Below the pieces are notes generated by a model that saw nothing but the letters and a program-made list of their open reading frames with translations, ran no database searches and was not told the DNA's origin. The translations under genes were made by a program, and so were the position numbers. A stretch of 64,000 nt of DNA from assembly GCA_907165135.1 (NCBI GenBank), contig OU015566.1, positions 1,798,001 through 1,862,000 of the forward strand, read 5' to 3'. The stretch comes from Oikopleura dioica (lineage: Eukaryota > Animalia > Chordata). Below are positions 23,058 to 36,083 of this stretch, piece by piece (position 1 is the stretch's first letter; each line of letters opens with the position of its first letter).

Positions 23058-24093
23058 ATGATTCTTACTCAAAGAAAGCTCAAAAAGGTATGAAAATCGT
23101 TATTTATGAAAGATAATTTGGCGGAAAAGAAGTGGAATAACCATAAATGACTTGACAGAATGATGGGTTCGATCTAAAAAAAAGATATCTAAATTGAAGG
23201 AAAATTTAAACTAGTGTCTTCTAATTAATGAACACGGTCAGCTAAATATTGAAATTATTTACTAAAAATCATCCTTTACATCTTTCTAGGCAACGATATG
23301 TTACGTAACAGTTTCGTCCCTCTCCATTGCCTTTCATGTTTTGATATTCACACTCACAACGATAGCTTCTGGCTGCGTCTCTGGAATCGGAAATTGCCCG
23401 AAAACGCCGTTTCCTCTCATCGGCCATGGTATTTGGTGTGGAGCTGGCGGCTTTTTATGCTCGGCGATTTGTATTCTTCTCGCTAGGTAAAAAATTTTTT
23501 GAATATTCGGATTCGTAACCTCATTTTTCTAGCGACAAAACAAAGTCAAAGCGCAGCTTGAAAATGATCCTCCTTGTTGGCAGCGTCTTCATGATCATGT
23601 TCAGCTCATTCGGCTCAATTGCTGATGGATATGGATGTTTGATGCTCTTGACTTGCTTCGATTGCGCGCTCTTCAAAAGCCAAATTTCAACGATCCTGTT
23701 TTTGCTGCTGTTTTTGGAGTGCATAGGAAAGGTTGACAAATTTAAAAGTTCATATTAACTCATCAAGAGAACAAATCCTCAACCTGAAAAGTTCTCCTGA
23801 CTCTCTCCGTCCTCTCCTTCGTCATGACTCTCCTCAACGGCCAAGACATCCTCCCTCTTTCGATAGTCAAAGCCCCAAAAATCATCAAAACGTCTCGCCA
23901 AAAACGAAAACTTCGCCGATCTCAAGATCCAACAGAGCCCGCCGACTGGACCTGTTCCTACCTCAACCCAAATCCACTGCCACAGAGAATGGATTTTAGC
24001 ACTTCTTATCACCGATCGCACAGTCGGATCGATTTGGATTATTCTCATTGTCCGACTTTGGAGGTCGGCAATGTCTCCATCGCGCATGCTTGA
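23058..24093 (+). CDS. MS4A/CD20-like four-TM protein
   Basis: TM1 followed by PFPLIGHGIWCGAGGFLCSAICILL, resembling the MS4A G-x-P-x-W-x-G motif. Two further TM exons with GT-AG introns. Confidence 0.5.
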
Positions 24094-24223
24094 AAATATT
24101 GTGGAAGCGTCTGTATTTATTCTCGTTTTTTAACTGTATTTACAAGCATGAAAAAATGAAAAAAAAGGTTTTGAACGATTTGTCATTCGCTAAAAAAGAG
24201 GCAGTAGAAAAGATTTTCGTCGG

Positions 24224-26520
24224 TCAAGTCGTAGCAGCGGGATTGACAATTCCATCCGGGCCGTAGATTGTTGAAAACTGTGTTTCGCGATGTTCTCTTG
24301 CATCTCTGTCGATATTTCTAGTAAATTTCGAGATCAAGGAAGAAAACGATGAGGCAAACCTCCAGCTAGTGAGTGTTGTGAGAGGAGAGCTGCACTTTTT
24401 GACGAAATACTGAGAATTCGACAGGTGACAATGCGCCACTAGAATCATCAAAAGAAGGACGCAGATTGCCGCGCAGAGTAGAAGTGACCAGACGATCCAA
24501 CTATACGCCTCTAGAAACCACTTATTTCACCATTTTGAACATGACTGTACCTTGGCGTTCCTTGATTAATAGTGGGCCAAATTTTAATTGAACTTGTTGA
24601 TCACCCTTCTTGAGAGACACTTCACGCTTCCTTCTTGCTACAGCTGAACAGGAGATGGAGCATTCTGAGCTACTGCTCTGTCAGAAGATTTTTTGCTTGT
24701 CATTTTTTCTGATCTATTTATTGCGATAAAATCGAATTCGATGATGATGATTTCTTAATCCTAGTCTCGGAAACCGGTTTAGAAAACCTGAGTCAGGTTC
24801 TGAAGAGGTAAAATGAAAAGCCGCATAGCGGCTTTTTTAAAAACGAAGCCGCGAAGCGGCTTCGCCAGCATTTGAATGAAGATTATAGTGGTTGAATTGC
24901 GAAGCCGCTTTGCGGCTTCGTATTTGAAAAAGCCGCTACGCGGCTTTTCATTTTACCTCTTCAGAACCTGACTCAGGTTTTCTAAACCGGTTGCCGAGCC
25001 CAGTCTTAATCCTAGCGATCATCAATTTAACCGAACTCCCAAACTTGCGATTGTTACAACTTACAAGTGCCCCTTAACCCGTTTGCTTTGGCCCTTGGTC
25101 CGGAAGAGAAGACAAAAACCTTTCCTCGCATAAAGTGACATCGCAGTGGAGATAAGTTCGATTCGACTGAAGGAAAGTGAACACAGACGCCGAAAAGCCC
25201 ACGCTGCCATCGTCATCGTTCGAAATCGTCTGTACTCGCCCGCTAAATGCGAAAGTTATAAGCGCATTAGCGGTAGTTTGATACGAAAAGTATTGAAATG
25301 AAAATCGATAAAAGCCAAAAGTTGGGCACGAAAGAGGCGATTATCTCTTCCATTTTCGACCTCGCCATATGCGCTAAAGATCTTTGAAAAAAGAGATGGC
25401 TCGGAAATTAATCTGTTAAATCGACTGTACTTGAGCTCGGGGTTCGGGCAGCCAGAATCTAAGAGGATGAGGAGGTCGGTTTCGTCGTCGCCGGTGATCC
25501 AGCATCTGTCGAGGCGGATTCCAAGGTCGATTTTTGACTAAATTTTTGACCAAAAATTTTTTGACTAAACTTTGACTTGAAATTTTGACTAAAATTTTTG
25601 GCTGAATGACTAAATTTTGGACAAAATTTTTCGACTAAAATTCGACTAAAATTTTTTGACTAAAATTTTGGACTAATTTTTTTGACTTAAATTTGACTAA
25701 AATTTTTTGACTAAAATTTTTTTGTTAAAATTTTTGACCAAAAATAAGAATAAAAGCTTACGTTTGCCCAGACTTTTGCATAAATCTTCTCCCCTGCGTC
25801 AAACACCAAATCTGTCCTTCTTTTCTCCAACTTCTTTGTCTTGAAAAGCGCCATTTCGACCTCGAAAACGCCCGTGCCACTGATGGCCGGAATGATTTTC
25901 AGGCTCTCGCTGACGGCGTACGAGTTAGAAAGAGTCACTTTAATCAGGTTCATAAATTAGCAACGCAGACAGGTCAATCAAGCCCGCTAATCGCGACATG
26001 TCGCAAATGGTCATTAGGAGAGCAATGAACCTGCACTTGATGGTTCAGGTCGTAGCCACAAGAGAACTGGATGTGCACTTGTTCGCTTACCCGCGGATAA
26101 ACAATCAATTTAGATTAAAAAATGTCTGGTAGACAAGAATGGTTGTTTAACCGCAATGCCCAGTTACTGCCGATTTTGACCGAAAGCCGGAAAAGATGGA
26201 GTTGGAGAAGATCATTTTTGTAGTGTTTCCAGCTCTTTCTACGACTCTTTTTGTGCCACAATGATTGTTTGCAAGGGTCAATGATATCCTCCTTAAAACA
26301 GATAACTATCCCTTCCTAAGCCCAAAACCTAAGTCAGGGTCGTGAATGACCCAAGATCTCTCCTCTAGAAAAAGATGCTTACCAATCAGAATTGACCTTG
26401 CACTGGTCCGGCGTAATTTTCATCTGCTCATCATCAACAGCACCAACTTGAATCTCCTCCCATGAAAGCCCTTGTCTCGTGAACCAATCTCGATTGAGCA
26501 CGAGTTCAATTTCAGACACG
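24224..26520 (-). CDS. Zona pellucida (ZP) domain membrane protein
   Basis: ZP-N LANNHCGT..IQFSCGY. ZP-C GVFEVEMALF, LDRCWIT..LLDSGCP, FTF..YLHCDVTLC. Furin site RRKR, EHP-like QLKFGPLLI, TM WIVWSLLLCAAICVLLLMILV. Confidence 0.8.
24761..25003. mobile_element. 243-bp near-perfect palindromic MITE with 8-bp TSD (hAT-like)
   Basis: TCTTAATC at 24753-24760 and 25004-25011. About 105-bp inverted arms. Confidence 0.8.
25531..25742. repeat. Intronic AT-rich minisatellite (AAATTTTTGACT-like, about 12-13 bp)
   Basis: Degenerate TTTTGACTAAAA repeats. Confidence 0.8.
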
Positions 26521-27149
26521 CCGCAAGCGAGTTCTTATTCAGAGTGTAAGGCGCTTGATAACAAATTGTTAAATGTCGGGTGCGATCCCTTAGGGACCAA
26601 GTTCTCTTGTTTGCTTTTTCGCCACACTTGCCTAATGGACTTTCGTTTTTCCCGGCATTCCCCGTGCTGTCGGCTTGGTAGTCCAAATCTATGTTTTCAA
26701 TGAAGAATTTTAACTCTTTTTTTTCATCATTTTTTACCTCTGAAAACATCTCCCGATCCAAAATCTCCAGAAAAATTCTCTTCGACATCGAAATCAACCG
26801 GAACTGACCAAATTTCTTCGAGCGCTAGAACTGATGAAATCACGAAAAAATAGAATTTCATTTTTGCCATTTCGAATTGCAATTGATTAAGAGTACAATG
26901 ATAGAAGTTTAATGTCTCTATTGCTTTTTTGCGTGCCCAAAAAATAGATCAAAGATATCGTGTGCTCCGGAGCGCCACGGTCAGAAGCTAAGAGCGCTGA
27001 CGTAAGAAGCTTACGATTTATAGAAAACCTTTTAACTGCGATTGAATTTCTACAATAAGAATTTTTAATTGAGGATTTATTTCAAGTAATGAAAACAGGG
27101 AGTAAAAATAAAATGAAAATTTCGGGTCGAAAGTTCGAAAAACATGACT

Positions 27150-29013
27150 GCGCACCACTGAAAATATCTCCTCTGCAAATTGCGAAGGATTTTTCCTAAA
27201 AAAACCTAGTTAACAGATCATCATATAAACTGAGGCAAACTGGATTAGGGCTGATCCACCAGGGTCCAACTTTTTCGACATCGTCTTTTCTCCACATCAG
27301 CGCATTTGGGATAGTTCCCCAACTTTCGTCGATTATTCCAAGTTCTCGATGTTCTGCATTGTAATCTAAAGAATCATGGTTAAATTTCTAAACAATCACG
27401 AAACTTCGAGGAGAATTAACATGAAATTTACCTTTAACGAAATAAAAAACATCTGAAAAAGTTCCACCAACAATGAAATTTACCCTTCCATCATCATCTT
27501 TGACGATTAGGTACCCGCTGAAATCTAAGTGGCCATTTTTAGCCTTCCTTTTTATGCAGTTTTCTTGGGCTCATATTTAATACAATGGTTGACTTATACT
27601 TTTGAGGCAGAAAAAAAAAATTTTTTTTTGAAAAAATTTTTCACGTGACCAAATTTTCGTCTTAAATTTCGGTTTTTCCGCTTTCATTTGTGAGCCTAAA
27701 CAAGCCTAAAAATGAATCACATATAAGATGAAAGAGCACAAAAAATGCTTTCAGAAAATGTGCCTCATTCAACGGCCGGAAGCGGCCGAAAATTTTTAGA
27801 GCCAAAAGATTGCCCGAAAAGCAGTGATTTTAGGACAAAAATGGCGTAGGCGGACCAGCTATAATCAATTATTTCTAATTAATTCTTAAATAGAACACTT
27901 GTTGAGCTGGAGATAAGCACCAAACGACTCACTTTGCAAGTCTGAACACTTTGGTGTGCGAAAGTACCCCGAGTACAAATGTTCTAGAAAATTTTATTAC
28001 CGAATTTCGATGACCTCGAATGACCCCAAGATGACCTTTTTTCGAACTTTTGTGGTCAGAATTGAACTCTAGGGTACTATTTTAGTATTATCACAAAGTT
28101 TGAATGAAAAATATGAGCGAAATCTACCATTTAGTTTTTTCAGCGGGTACCTATTTGACGATCTCTGTCTCGTTTATTTTTGATTGAAACTAGAAATAAT
28201 TATTGATATCCAGAATTTCGGTCAGTCCTTACTTTTGATTCGATGAAATGGAAAAGGCTGTTCGCATATTTGACGCTCGTAAAGGGTAGATTTATCAGTC
28301 CTAAAGGCTCACAGAAGAAAACTGATTCATCTAGTGTTAGATTTTCTCCCAAAACAAGATTGTCTTCCCAGAAAAAACTGTCTTCCATGTCTTCGTCAGA
28401 AGAAACGCAGACGATGTAAAATCTTGATGATCTATCGAAGTCGCCCGAAGACGCGAAAATGATATTTTCCCTCGTTACCGTCGTATTGTTTTGTATTTGC
28501 AGCCGGAGAACTGGACCTGAGAGCACCTTCTTACTACTTGTGGCCACTGGTCTTTTGACATTGAGATATTGAGCAAGAAATGTCCAAGAATGATAAACTC
28601 CTGTGTCGCTGGTTGAAGAGTCATTATCTTTACGATATTTTTGATGGAGCAAAATGCCAAAATTCTGCAGTTTATTCAGATCTTCAATATCTTCTGGAAT
28701 AATGATCGATGAACTTAGTCTTTTCGTGGGTCTTACGGACATAAATTTCATACTGTTTTGATTTCGGACCCTCCCTGGAGCAATAATTCAGCGCATTCGC
28801 ATTGCTTAAAAGCCCAGGAAAAGCAAAAATGCCCGGAAAATTATCGGAGGTGACAATATTTGCCTTCGTTGAAAAGAAAATTCTTCTCAAATCAAGGCTC
28901 AAGTCCTCTTTTTGGACAAGTTCAGCGGGAATTTTGAGTTCTTTCAAAGAAGTCTCTCTAAAAAAATCATCAAAATCTCCGAAAACATTGTGAAGTAGAA
29001 CACAAAAAAGCAT
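27150..29013 (-). CDS. Secreted protein N-terminal exons, possibly the 5' part of the ZP gene
   Basis: MLFCVLLHNVFG signal-like start. The overlapping ORFs are joined by a 40-nt GTATG...AG intron near 28725-28765. Downstream donor at about 28230. Linkage to the ZP exons was not resolved. Confidence 0.45.
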
Positions 29014-29222
29014 TTAAAACGAGTCAACGAAGGTTTTCAAACTTGTGAGGCCTTGTGATAGGTGTTATCGTTCGATATTTACGGACAAGTGCTTACGGCG
29101 GCCTTTTTTATGTTTTCAATAGCATCTTTGTATAACGAGGAAGAATCGAAATGATATTATTTTTGATATTTTATATTTCATATATTATGAATAAAGTTCT
29201 GAAGCAGAAAAATAAAAGAAAA

Positions 29223-30434
29223 TTAGTGATAGGGCTGAAAAAGTGAAGGGAAGGTATGGGTCAAAGGACCGTTAGGTTCGGGAAGAGGATGGAGATTCCA
29301 AAATAGTGCCATGGGATTCATCGCCATCGGGAACATCTTGGGAAGATGAGAGCTCAATTCATCAGTTTGCGGCAGCGAATGTTGTTTTCGTGATCGAGAT
29401 GGATTGATTTTACGATTTCTGGTCTGGATCGCGCCGTCTTTTTTCATCGTCAGTGGTCGGGGAGTCTGAAAAGATCGGATAGAAATACCAATGGTGAGAA
29501 AAAGATCTTTTTGGAAATTGAAAGGTTGGCATACCCTGTGAAGCTTTTCATAAAGTCCGCAAGCGTTGCAAACCGAGATCCCAGAAGAATTTTTTCTCCA
29601 AAGCGAAGTTTCTGTCGTCTTGCAATTGTCGCAAATTGTTCCTTGTCGCTTCGAGGGCGCTGGTTTTCGCTTCGGCTTGACGAGGGGGCGAGATTTGCCG
29701 TTGACTTTGCAGTACAATCCACAAGCGTTGCAGAGGTAATTTCCTGCCTCATCTCGTCGCCAGAGGGGAGTGACTGTGGCTTTGCAGTTCGAACAGACGC
29801 GGTTTTCGAGCGAGACGTCGGAAGGCTTGCATCGTTTTGCTGGAGGAATTTCTGTCTGGGGAAGAGATCGCTTGGAGGCTTCTTGCGGAGAGGATGGTTG
29901 AGTTTGTGAGAAGAAATTTGGGATGGGTTGGAAGTAGTTATCTGGAAGAGACGATTCTTGGTGAGTTCCAAGTTGCGGAGGGGGTTGATATTGAGGCTGT
30001 GGTTGGTAGAAATTTTCATTATAGAAATTCATCTGAGGATTTTCAATTGAGACTTGGGGCTCTTGATTTTGGCTGTAATGGAGGTCTTGATATTGGGAAC
30101 TGTGAAAGTCGTTGTAGCTAGATGAGGAACCAGATGATGGAGAAGGCGGCACATCTTCGACAGAATTTGATCGAGTTGGTAGAAGAACCTCTTCCTGAGA
30201 AGAATTCTCGAAAGTGGCGAGAGGGGCTGCTTGGATATTTGGCGATTCGTATTCGTTCCTTGCTGATTGAGGGGAGCCGATGGAGCCATCGCTGGAGCTG
30301 TTGGAAGCGATTCCGGAATCGTGGTGGCCCTCTTCGAAGTGATAAAACGAGCTGGAATTCAAGAAGTTGATGTTGAAATTATTGCTCGGTTGGGACTCGT
30401 TTGAAAAATATTGAAAATTTGTTGATTCGGTCAT
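29223..30434 (-). CDS. GATA transcription factor with two zinc fingers (GATA1/2/3-like)
   Basis: [28 protein letters not shown] and [32 protein letters not shown], then RPLTMKK..QTRNRK. 69-nt intron at 29466-29534. Confidence 0.92.
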   Translation of the reverse strand: MTESTNFQYFSNESQPSNNFNINFLNSSSFYHFEEGHHDSGIASNSSSDGSIGSPQSARNEYESPNIQAAPLATFENSSQEEVLLPTRSNSVEDVPPSPSSGSSSSYNDFHSSQYQDLHYSQNQEPQVSIENPQMNFYNENFYQPQPQYQPPPQLGTHQESSLPDNYFQPIPNFFSQTQPSSPQEASKRSLPQTEIPPAKRCKPSDVSLENRVCSNCKATVTPLWRRDEAGNYLCNACGLYCKVNGKSRPLVKPKRKPAPSKRQGTICDNCKTTETSLWRKNSSGISVCNACGLYEKLHRVCQPFNFQKDLFLTIGISIRSFQTPRPLTMKKDGAIQTRNRKINPSRSRKQHSLPQTDELSSHLPKMFPMAMNPMALFWNLHPLPEPNGPLTHTFPSLFQPYH

Positions 30435-30828
30435 TTTGAGATGAGGAGATTTTGTAAAATTCTTTGTTCTTGCTAGAATCGAGACGATCGGACAATATAT
30501 GAGTACCTCCGGTGAGTTGAGGCGCTCGAGGGGACATGTGCTCCGGGCGCGCGCGAGGAAGTTTAGCAAGAATCGGCCTAAAAGTAGCGGCTGCTCGATG
30601 TTTCAGCTGCGGGGACCAGCTTTGAAATGATTCAAAAACAGTCGATGGCGGTCAAAGACATCTGATTTTCTATCATTTTCGGCGTATCTCACCTACCATA
30701 ACGCAGAAACCTGCTGCTGATTGCCCTGGCCTGCTTAAGAAAACGCCTTTGCAACTTTGGATTTTCAAAAAATGAATCTATTAGGGGCGTTTATTGAATA
30801 ATGGTAAGGGTTAACCCGTAGGCAACAA

Positions 30829-32553
30829 TTAAAGTGTTTGATAGAAGAAATTTCGAACCCTGTACTCAGAAGCGGCAAGGTAGAAATTGTCCGAGACGAA
30901 TGCCTGGAGATCACCAGTAGTCATGGAGCCGCTGGAGTCGTAGCGTCCTACAACAACTGAGACTCCATCAACGCTCATAATGTAGTTCAATGTTGACGTA
31001 GTCCCTTCAACGAGCTGTACTTCGACGGCATAAGTATTCCACTCTTGATCGTTGCATACAACTTCGTAGTCTCTTTGGTGGTATTTGTCACCAACAACTG
31101 GATGGACGTAGTCCGGATCGTTGACAACAAAGTGGATCTTTTGATCAGATGGCCGTTGGAAAAACGCAAAGGTTCGATCTCCTGGAGAGCCGTAGTCGTT
31201 TCCGCCAGTCACGTGGAGGATAGTCTTCCAGTTTCCGTCAGGCTCGATGCTGTGATCACAGAAAATATCAGCAGAGACCTTGTAGCTCAAGGCTGCAGCG
31301 GCGGTTCCGACTTGAGTATTTTGAACAGGGGAAACGGCGCAGCTGTTGACGAATGAAGTGCAATTTTCAAGACCATCGCATGGATCGGAGCATGTTTGAT
31401 AGAAGAAACTTCGAACTTGGTACTCAGAAGCCGCGAGGTAGAAATCATCCGAAACGAAAGCTTGAAGTTCTCCAGTCGTCATGGAGCCAATCGAGTCATA
31501 GCTTCCTTCCAAGACAGTTGCGCCATCAATACTCATTACGTATTTCAAAGTCGATGAAGTCCCCTCGACTCGTTTCACCTCGACAGCATAAGTATTCCAT
31601 TCTTGATCGTTGCATTCAACTTCATAGTCTCTTTGGTGGTATTTATCGCCGACGACGGGATGGACGTAATCAGGGTCGTTGACTACGAAGTGGATTTTTC
31701 GATCCGAAGGGCGTTGAAAAAAAGGCAAAAGTTCGATCTCCAGGAGAACCGTAGTCATTTCCACCAGTCACGTGGAGGATGCTCTTCCAATTTCCATCAG
31801 GCGTGATGCTGTGATCGCAGAAAATATCAGCTGAGACTTTGTAGCTCAAGGCAGCAGGAGCAGTTCCGAAGCTCGTATTTCGAACTGGAGAGACGGAACA
31901 GCCCTTGACAAATGCCGTGCAATTTTCAAGGCCGTCGCATGGATTGTCGCAAGTACCAGCACACGAGTTTTTCCAGTCGAGTTTGTTCCACCACGGATTA
32001 TTGAACTGACCTTTGTAGCAATGAATTGTCCCTTTGACTTGTCCATCATCGCAGACAACTTCATAGTTGGCTCGCTTTTTGTTGATGACAGGCTTCAGAA
32101 GGTTGAGCTGTCCGTCTTCGATGCTGATAGTGGCTGCTTTACCGGCACATGGATGGGATGGTTTTGGAGAGCATGAAAGTTGAGTACCAACCGGCAGATT
32201 TCTATCGAAAATGAAAGAGTTTTGGCAATATTTGGGTCGAAAACTTACTTTCTAGCAACAGTAGCTGGGTCACCGCATCGAGTCATGAATCTAGCAATGT
32301 TCTTTTTCGGCCTCACAGTCCAGTCTGGAATAAATCCAGCGTCGCATGTTGGCTGACATAGGATCTTCGATCTTTGAAGACCGAGATTAGGGCAAGCCCA
32401 AGATCCATTTTCAATCGGAAAGGCGTTTTTTGTCTCTTCAGCCTTTGCGTCGCAAATTATTCGCCGCCCCTCTCTTTCCTCTGGTGTCAAGTTTTTATAA
32501 TTTTGGTATTTTCCGGCGAAAACTTTCGCAATCAAGAAACTGGCAACTTTCAT
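30829..32553 (-). CDS. Secreted protein: two sushi-like modules plus two about 190-aa LamG/ConA-like repeats (frameshift at A7 31717-31723)
   Basis: MKVASFLIAKVFA signal. One intron at about 32204-32250. Repeats PCDGLENC..YKVSADIFCDHS..GDRTFAFF..EWNTYAVEV..VRNFFYQT. Confidence 0.8.
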
Positions 32554-32829
32554 TTTTAGAGCAATATGAAAATTAGGCAGTTTTTAGTATCACGTTAATG
32601 ATGGTTTTACTGAAAATAGCTCCAGGATATTCAAACCATCAATACCAAGTACTTCAATCATGTTTTTATGAAAATAAGCGTCAATAGCTTTTTCTAGCGC
32701 TTCGAATTCAAAAAAATATTTTCCATCAAACTAAAAATTAATGAATTATTTTCGGAAAATTTTTAAAATATTTATTTGGTACAATTTCCAGAAGACTCTC
32801 AACAGAACCAATTGATGTAATGAATGTGC

Positions 32830-35026
32830 TTAAAGAATTTGATAATAGAAGTTTCGGACTTTGAAGGCAGAAGCAGCGTCGACTTGGTAGTTGTCAGCGA
32901 CGTACGCGTAAAGATCGCCGGTAGTTTTCGCGCCGCTTAAATCGTAACTTCCGGTCAGTTCACTGGCTCCGTCGACACTGGCGACGTAGTTGAGTTGGCC
33001 GTTTCCGTCTTCGATGACTTCGATTGTATATGTGCTCCACTCACCGTCAGTGCAGGTGACATCCGAGTATCGCTGATGGGCATAAGTATCAATCGGATCG
33101 TTAACTACGAAGTGAATTCTATTGCCATTGGGTTCTCGCATGAGTAGAAAAGTTCGATCGCCGGGCCCGCCGTGATTGGCACCGCCTGCGCCTAGTCTAA
33201 GAATGGCCGTGTATTCCGAGTTCAACGGCGCGCTATGATCGCAGAAAACTTCAGCCGAAGCCTTGTAGCTCACAGCAGCTGGCACAGTTTCCAGAACATT
33301 ATTTTGAATTGGGGCGATGGCGCAACCGTCGACAAAGCTGAAGCAGTTTTCGACTCCGTCACAAGGGTCAACAGCGCATGCTGGAGTGGCATCGAGAATT
33401 TGGTAGAAGAAATTACGGACGTTGAAGCCTGTAGCGGGCTCATTGTATTGCCCTGCGACAAATGCTGTGAGGTCGCCGGTAGTCTTTGCGCCGCTCGAGT
33501 CGTAAGTGCCATCCATGACGGTGACTCCGTCGACGGTGGCGACATACGAAAGTGTAGACCCTTCAAGCACCGTCACTTCAACAGCGTAGGTGTTCCACTC
33601 GTTTTCGATACAGTCGTGAATCACATATCTTTGATGACTCCAATCACCAGGAAAATTCACCACAACGTGAACTCCATTGCCGTTTGCATTTCTCATGAGA
33701 AGAAAAGTCCGATCCCCGGGCGCACCGATATCACCACCTGCCCCAAGTCGAAGAATGGTCTGATTGCTCGCAGAAACCGCCTTCTCGTGACTGCAAAAAA
33801 CTTCAGCAGACGCTTTGTAGGCCAGGGTTGCTTGGACGGTCTCAACTTGATAATTGGCAGTGGGAGCAATTTCACAGCCGTTGACAAGTGTTGTGCAGCT
33901 TTCGATTCCATCGCATGGATCAGAGCAGAGAGGGGTATCGGCAAATGTCTGATAGTAGAAGTTGCGGACAGCAAACGCCGATCCAGCATCGTACCAGTCG
34001 TCAGAGACGAAAACTTGGAGATCGCCACTTGTCACCGATGATTGATAGTTGTAAGTTCCTTCATCGATTTGAGCACCATCAACGCTGACTATGTATCGCA
34101 AGTTCTTTGGGGAGCTGTCGACTTGCTTCACTTCAACGGAGTAGGTATTCCATTCACCGTCCATGCAGACGTAGTCGTTGCCCTTGGAATGATCGTCACC
34201 GGCTGGATCATTGACGGTGAAGTAGAGCTTGTTTTCGCTAGGATACCGCCAGAGCGCAAAGGTTCGGTCATTCGCAGCGCCAAAGTTTTCTCCCGCGCTC
34301 ACGTGAAATATGTTCTTGAAGACTCCATCAAGCGCCATGCTTTGATCGCAGAGAACGTCAGCGGAGAATTTGTAGTTGAGAGCGGCGGGCACGGTTCCAA
34401 TCTGATTGTTTCGAGAAGGTTGGAGGCTGCAGCCATCGACGAGAATGTGGCAGTCGTCGAGTCCATCACAAGGGTTGGTCTCGCAGGGAGGAGGAGTTGG
34501 TGCAAGGAGGTTGCACTTGAGCTGTTTGAATTTTCTGTTGAAAAGCATGTTGCGCTGTCTTTGGATGGTAAAGATCATTTTATGGGGAGCCCATCCGTTG
34601 TCAGTCGTGAGGTTGACATCGTCCATGCAGACGAAGGCGTCGTGGAAGCTCTTGACGGACGCAATTAGGTTGTTGATTGAGTGGCAAACGTCTTCACTGT
34701 CGTAGTAAGGAGGGATGAACGCATCCGGGTCGCCGGAGCCGGCAAAATCGACGCAGGAATCTGAGATGCGAGTGGGGAAGTTTTCGACTTTGTTGTAGAA
34801 ATCGCGAAGTCGATTTGCCTTCTTCCTTGAATTGCGGGCGGGCAGTCCTCTTCCAACGTAGGCGGCGAATACATCGTCGTAGACCTCGTTGTAAGCAGCA
34901 GCAACCTTAGTCCAGGCATTGTCCGCTACCTCGAGACCAGCAGCAGCTGCGATAACAGCAGGAAGAAGCTACAATGTCATTTATTTTTTAATATTTTTTC
35001 TCTTATAAATTCGCTCTTACCTTCAT
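32830..35026 (-). CDS. Secreted 714-aa protein: helical Cys module plus three LamG/ConA-like repeats
   Basis: Exon 1 ATGAAG (35021-35026), 52-nt intron, then an open frame 34968-32830 (MKLLPAVIAAAAG...). Three repeats are homologous to the neighbouring gene. Strong C/T-ending codon bias. Confidence 0.85.
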
Positions 35027-35367
35027 TTTCCGATCAATTTTGAAAAAATTCTATTTTCAATGATAATTCTGAGGGACTTCAAGTTCGATTTTATATCGCG
35101 AAAGTGCTGACTAGCGCGCCGCATGTGGTATCTTATCGCATGTTTTCGATCGTAATTAGCCACAAGGCCAAGCGTAAAAACACGCGGCTGATCTTCTAAC
35201 TACGTACCTGGTTCGTCGTACATGGCAAGTAATTGGTGCATGTTGACAACTTTTTCTCATCATGGTCACAGAACAATAAACTCTTGCAAAAACAACAAGC
35301 GTGAGAACGTTTTTACAAACAAAGTCATAAAGAAGACGCTATTTGATATCCTAAGCTCATTCGAAAT

Positions 35368-36083
35368 ATGCTCGTTTTCATTATTTTCAACCGAGTTTTT
35401 GCAGAGACGAAATTTTCAATTGGTCAAGAAGAAATCCGCATCTTCGAAAATTGTCCGAATCCATTGGAATTAACTCGATATATTCAAATTTCAGGAGGGC
35501 AAAATGGCTTAGGGTCGAATCTTGATCTATCCAAAGAAGAAAAATCCGTGGAAATTTGCTGCAAGCCTTGCTGCGAGTGCTATGAGGCTATTGACTGCGA
35601 TGATGTTCAAGAGGTCGAATTTTCTGACGAGAAAAAGGCCGAGATTGTTGATTTTCTCAAAAGAGCATTGACTTGGAGTTTTGTTGAAGAAATCGCAATT
35701 CACGATTCTTGCCGAGAATTCTTCGTTCTCGAATCAGGTGCTTTTTCAAAGAAGATTATTTATTGAAACATTTCCTAGAGATCTTCTTCTACCTTCCAAA
35801 ACTCAAAGAAATTTTCCTTCTTTCCCGGAACGGAAGAAATTCCTTGGCGAAGTTTGATGACTCATCGAAAAAATTTATCTGCGCCCCAAAAGCTCATGTT
35901 CTTTCAAATCAGATTCTAGGCGCAATTATTTCTGAAAACCGAGATTTTCGAGCTACTGAAATGGTAATTGATCTTCACGAAGAAAACCTTGCTTTGGGAC
36001 AATCAAGTTCGATTATTGAAGATCTTCAAAACTGTGCAAAAAGACTTCTTCATGTTATTCTTTACAAAAAAACTACGGAATAA
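35368..36083 (+). CDS. Putative secreted protein (1-nt frameshift at T5 35742-35746)
   Basis: MLVFIIFNRVFA signal-like start and Cys cluster CCKPCCEC. The two overlapping ORFs join if one T is added. Confidence 0.5.

Noticed and set aside
33235-34668. Long plus-strand ORFs (268 and 208 aa), and similar ones over the GATA gene
   Set aside because: Antisense shadows of strongly codon-biased minus-strand genes.
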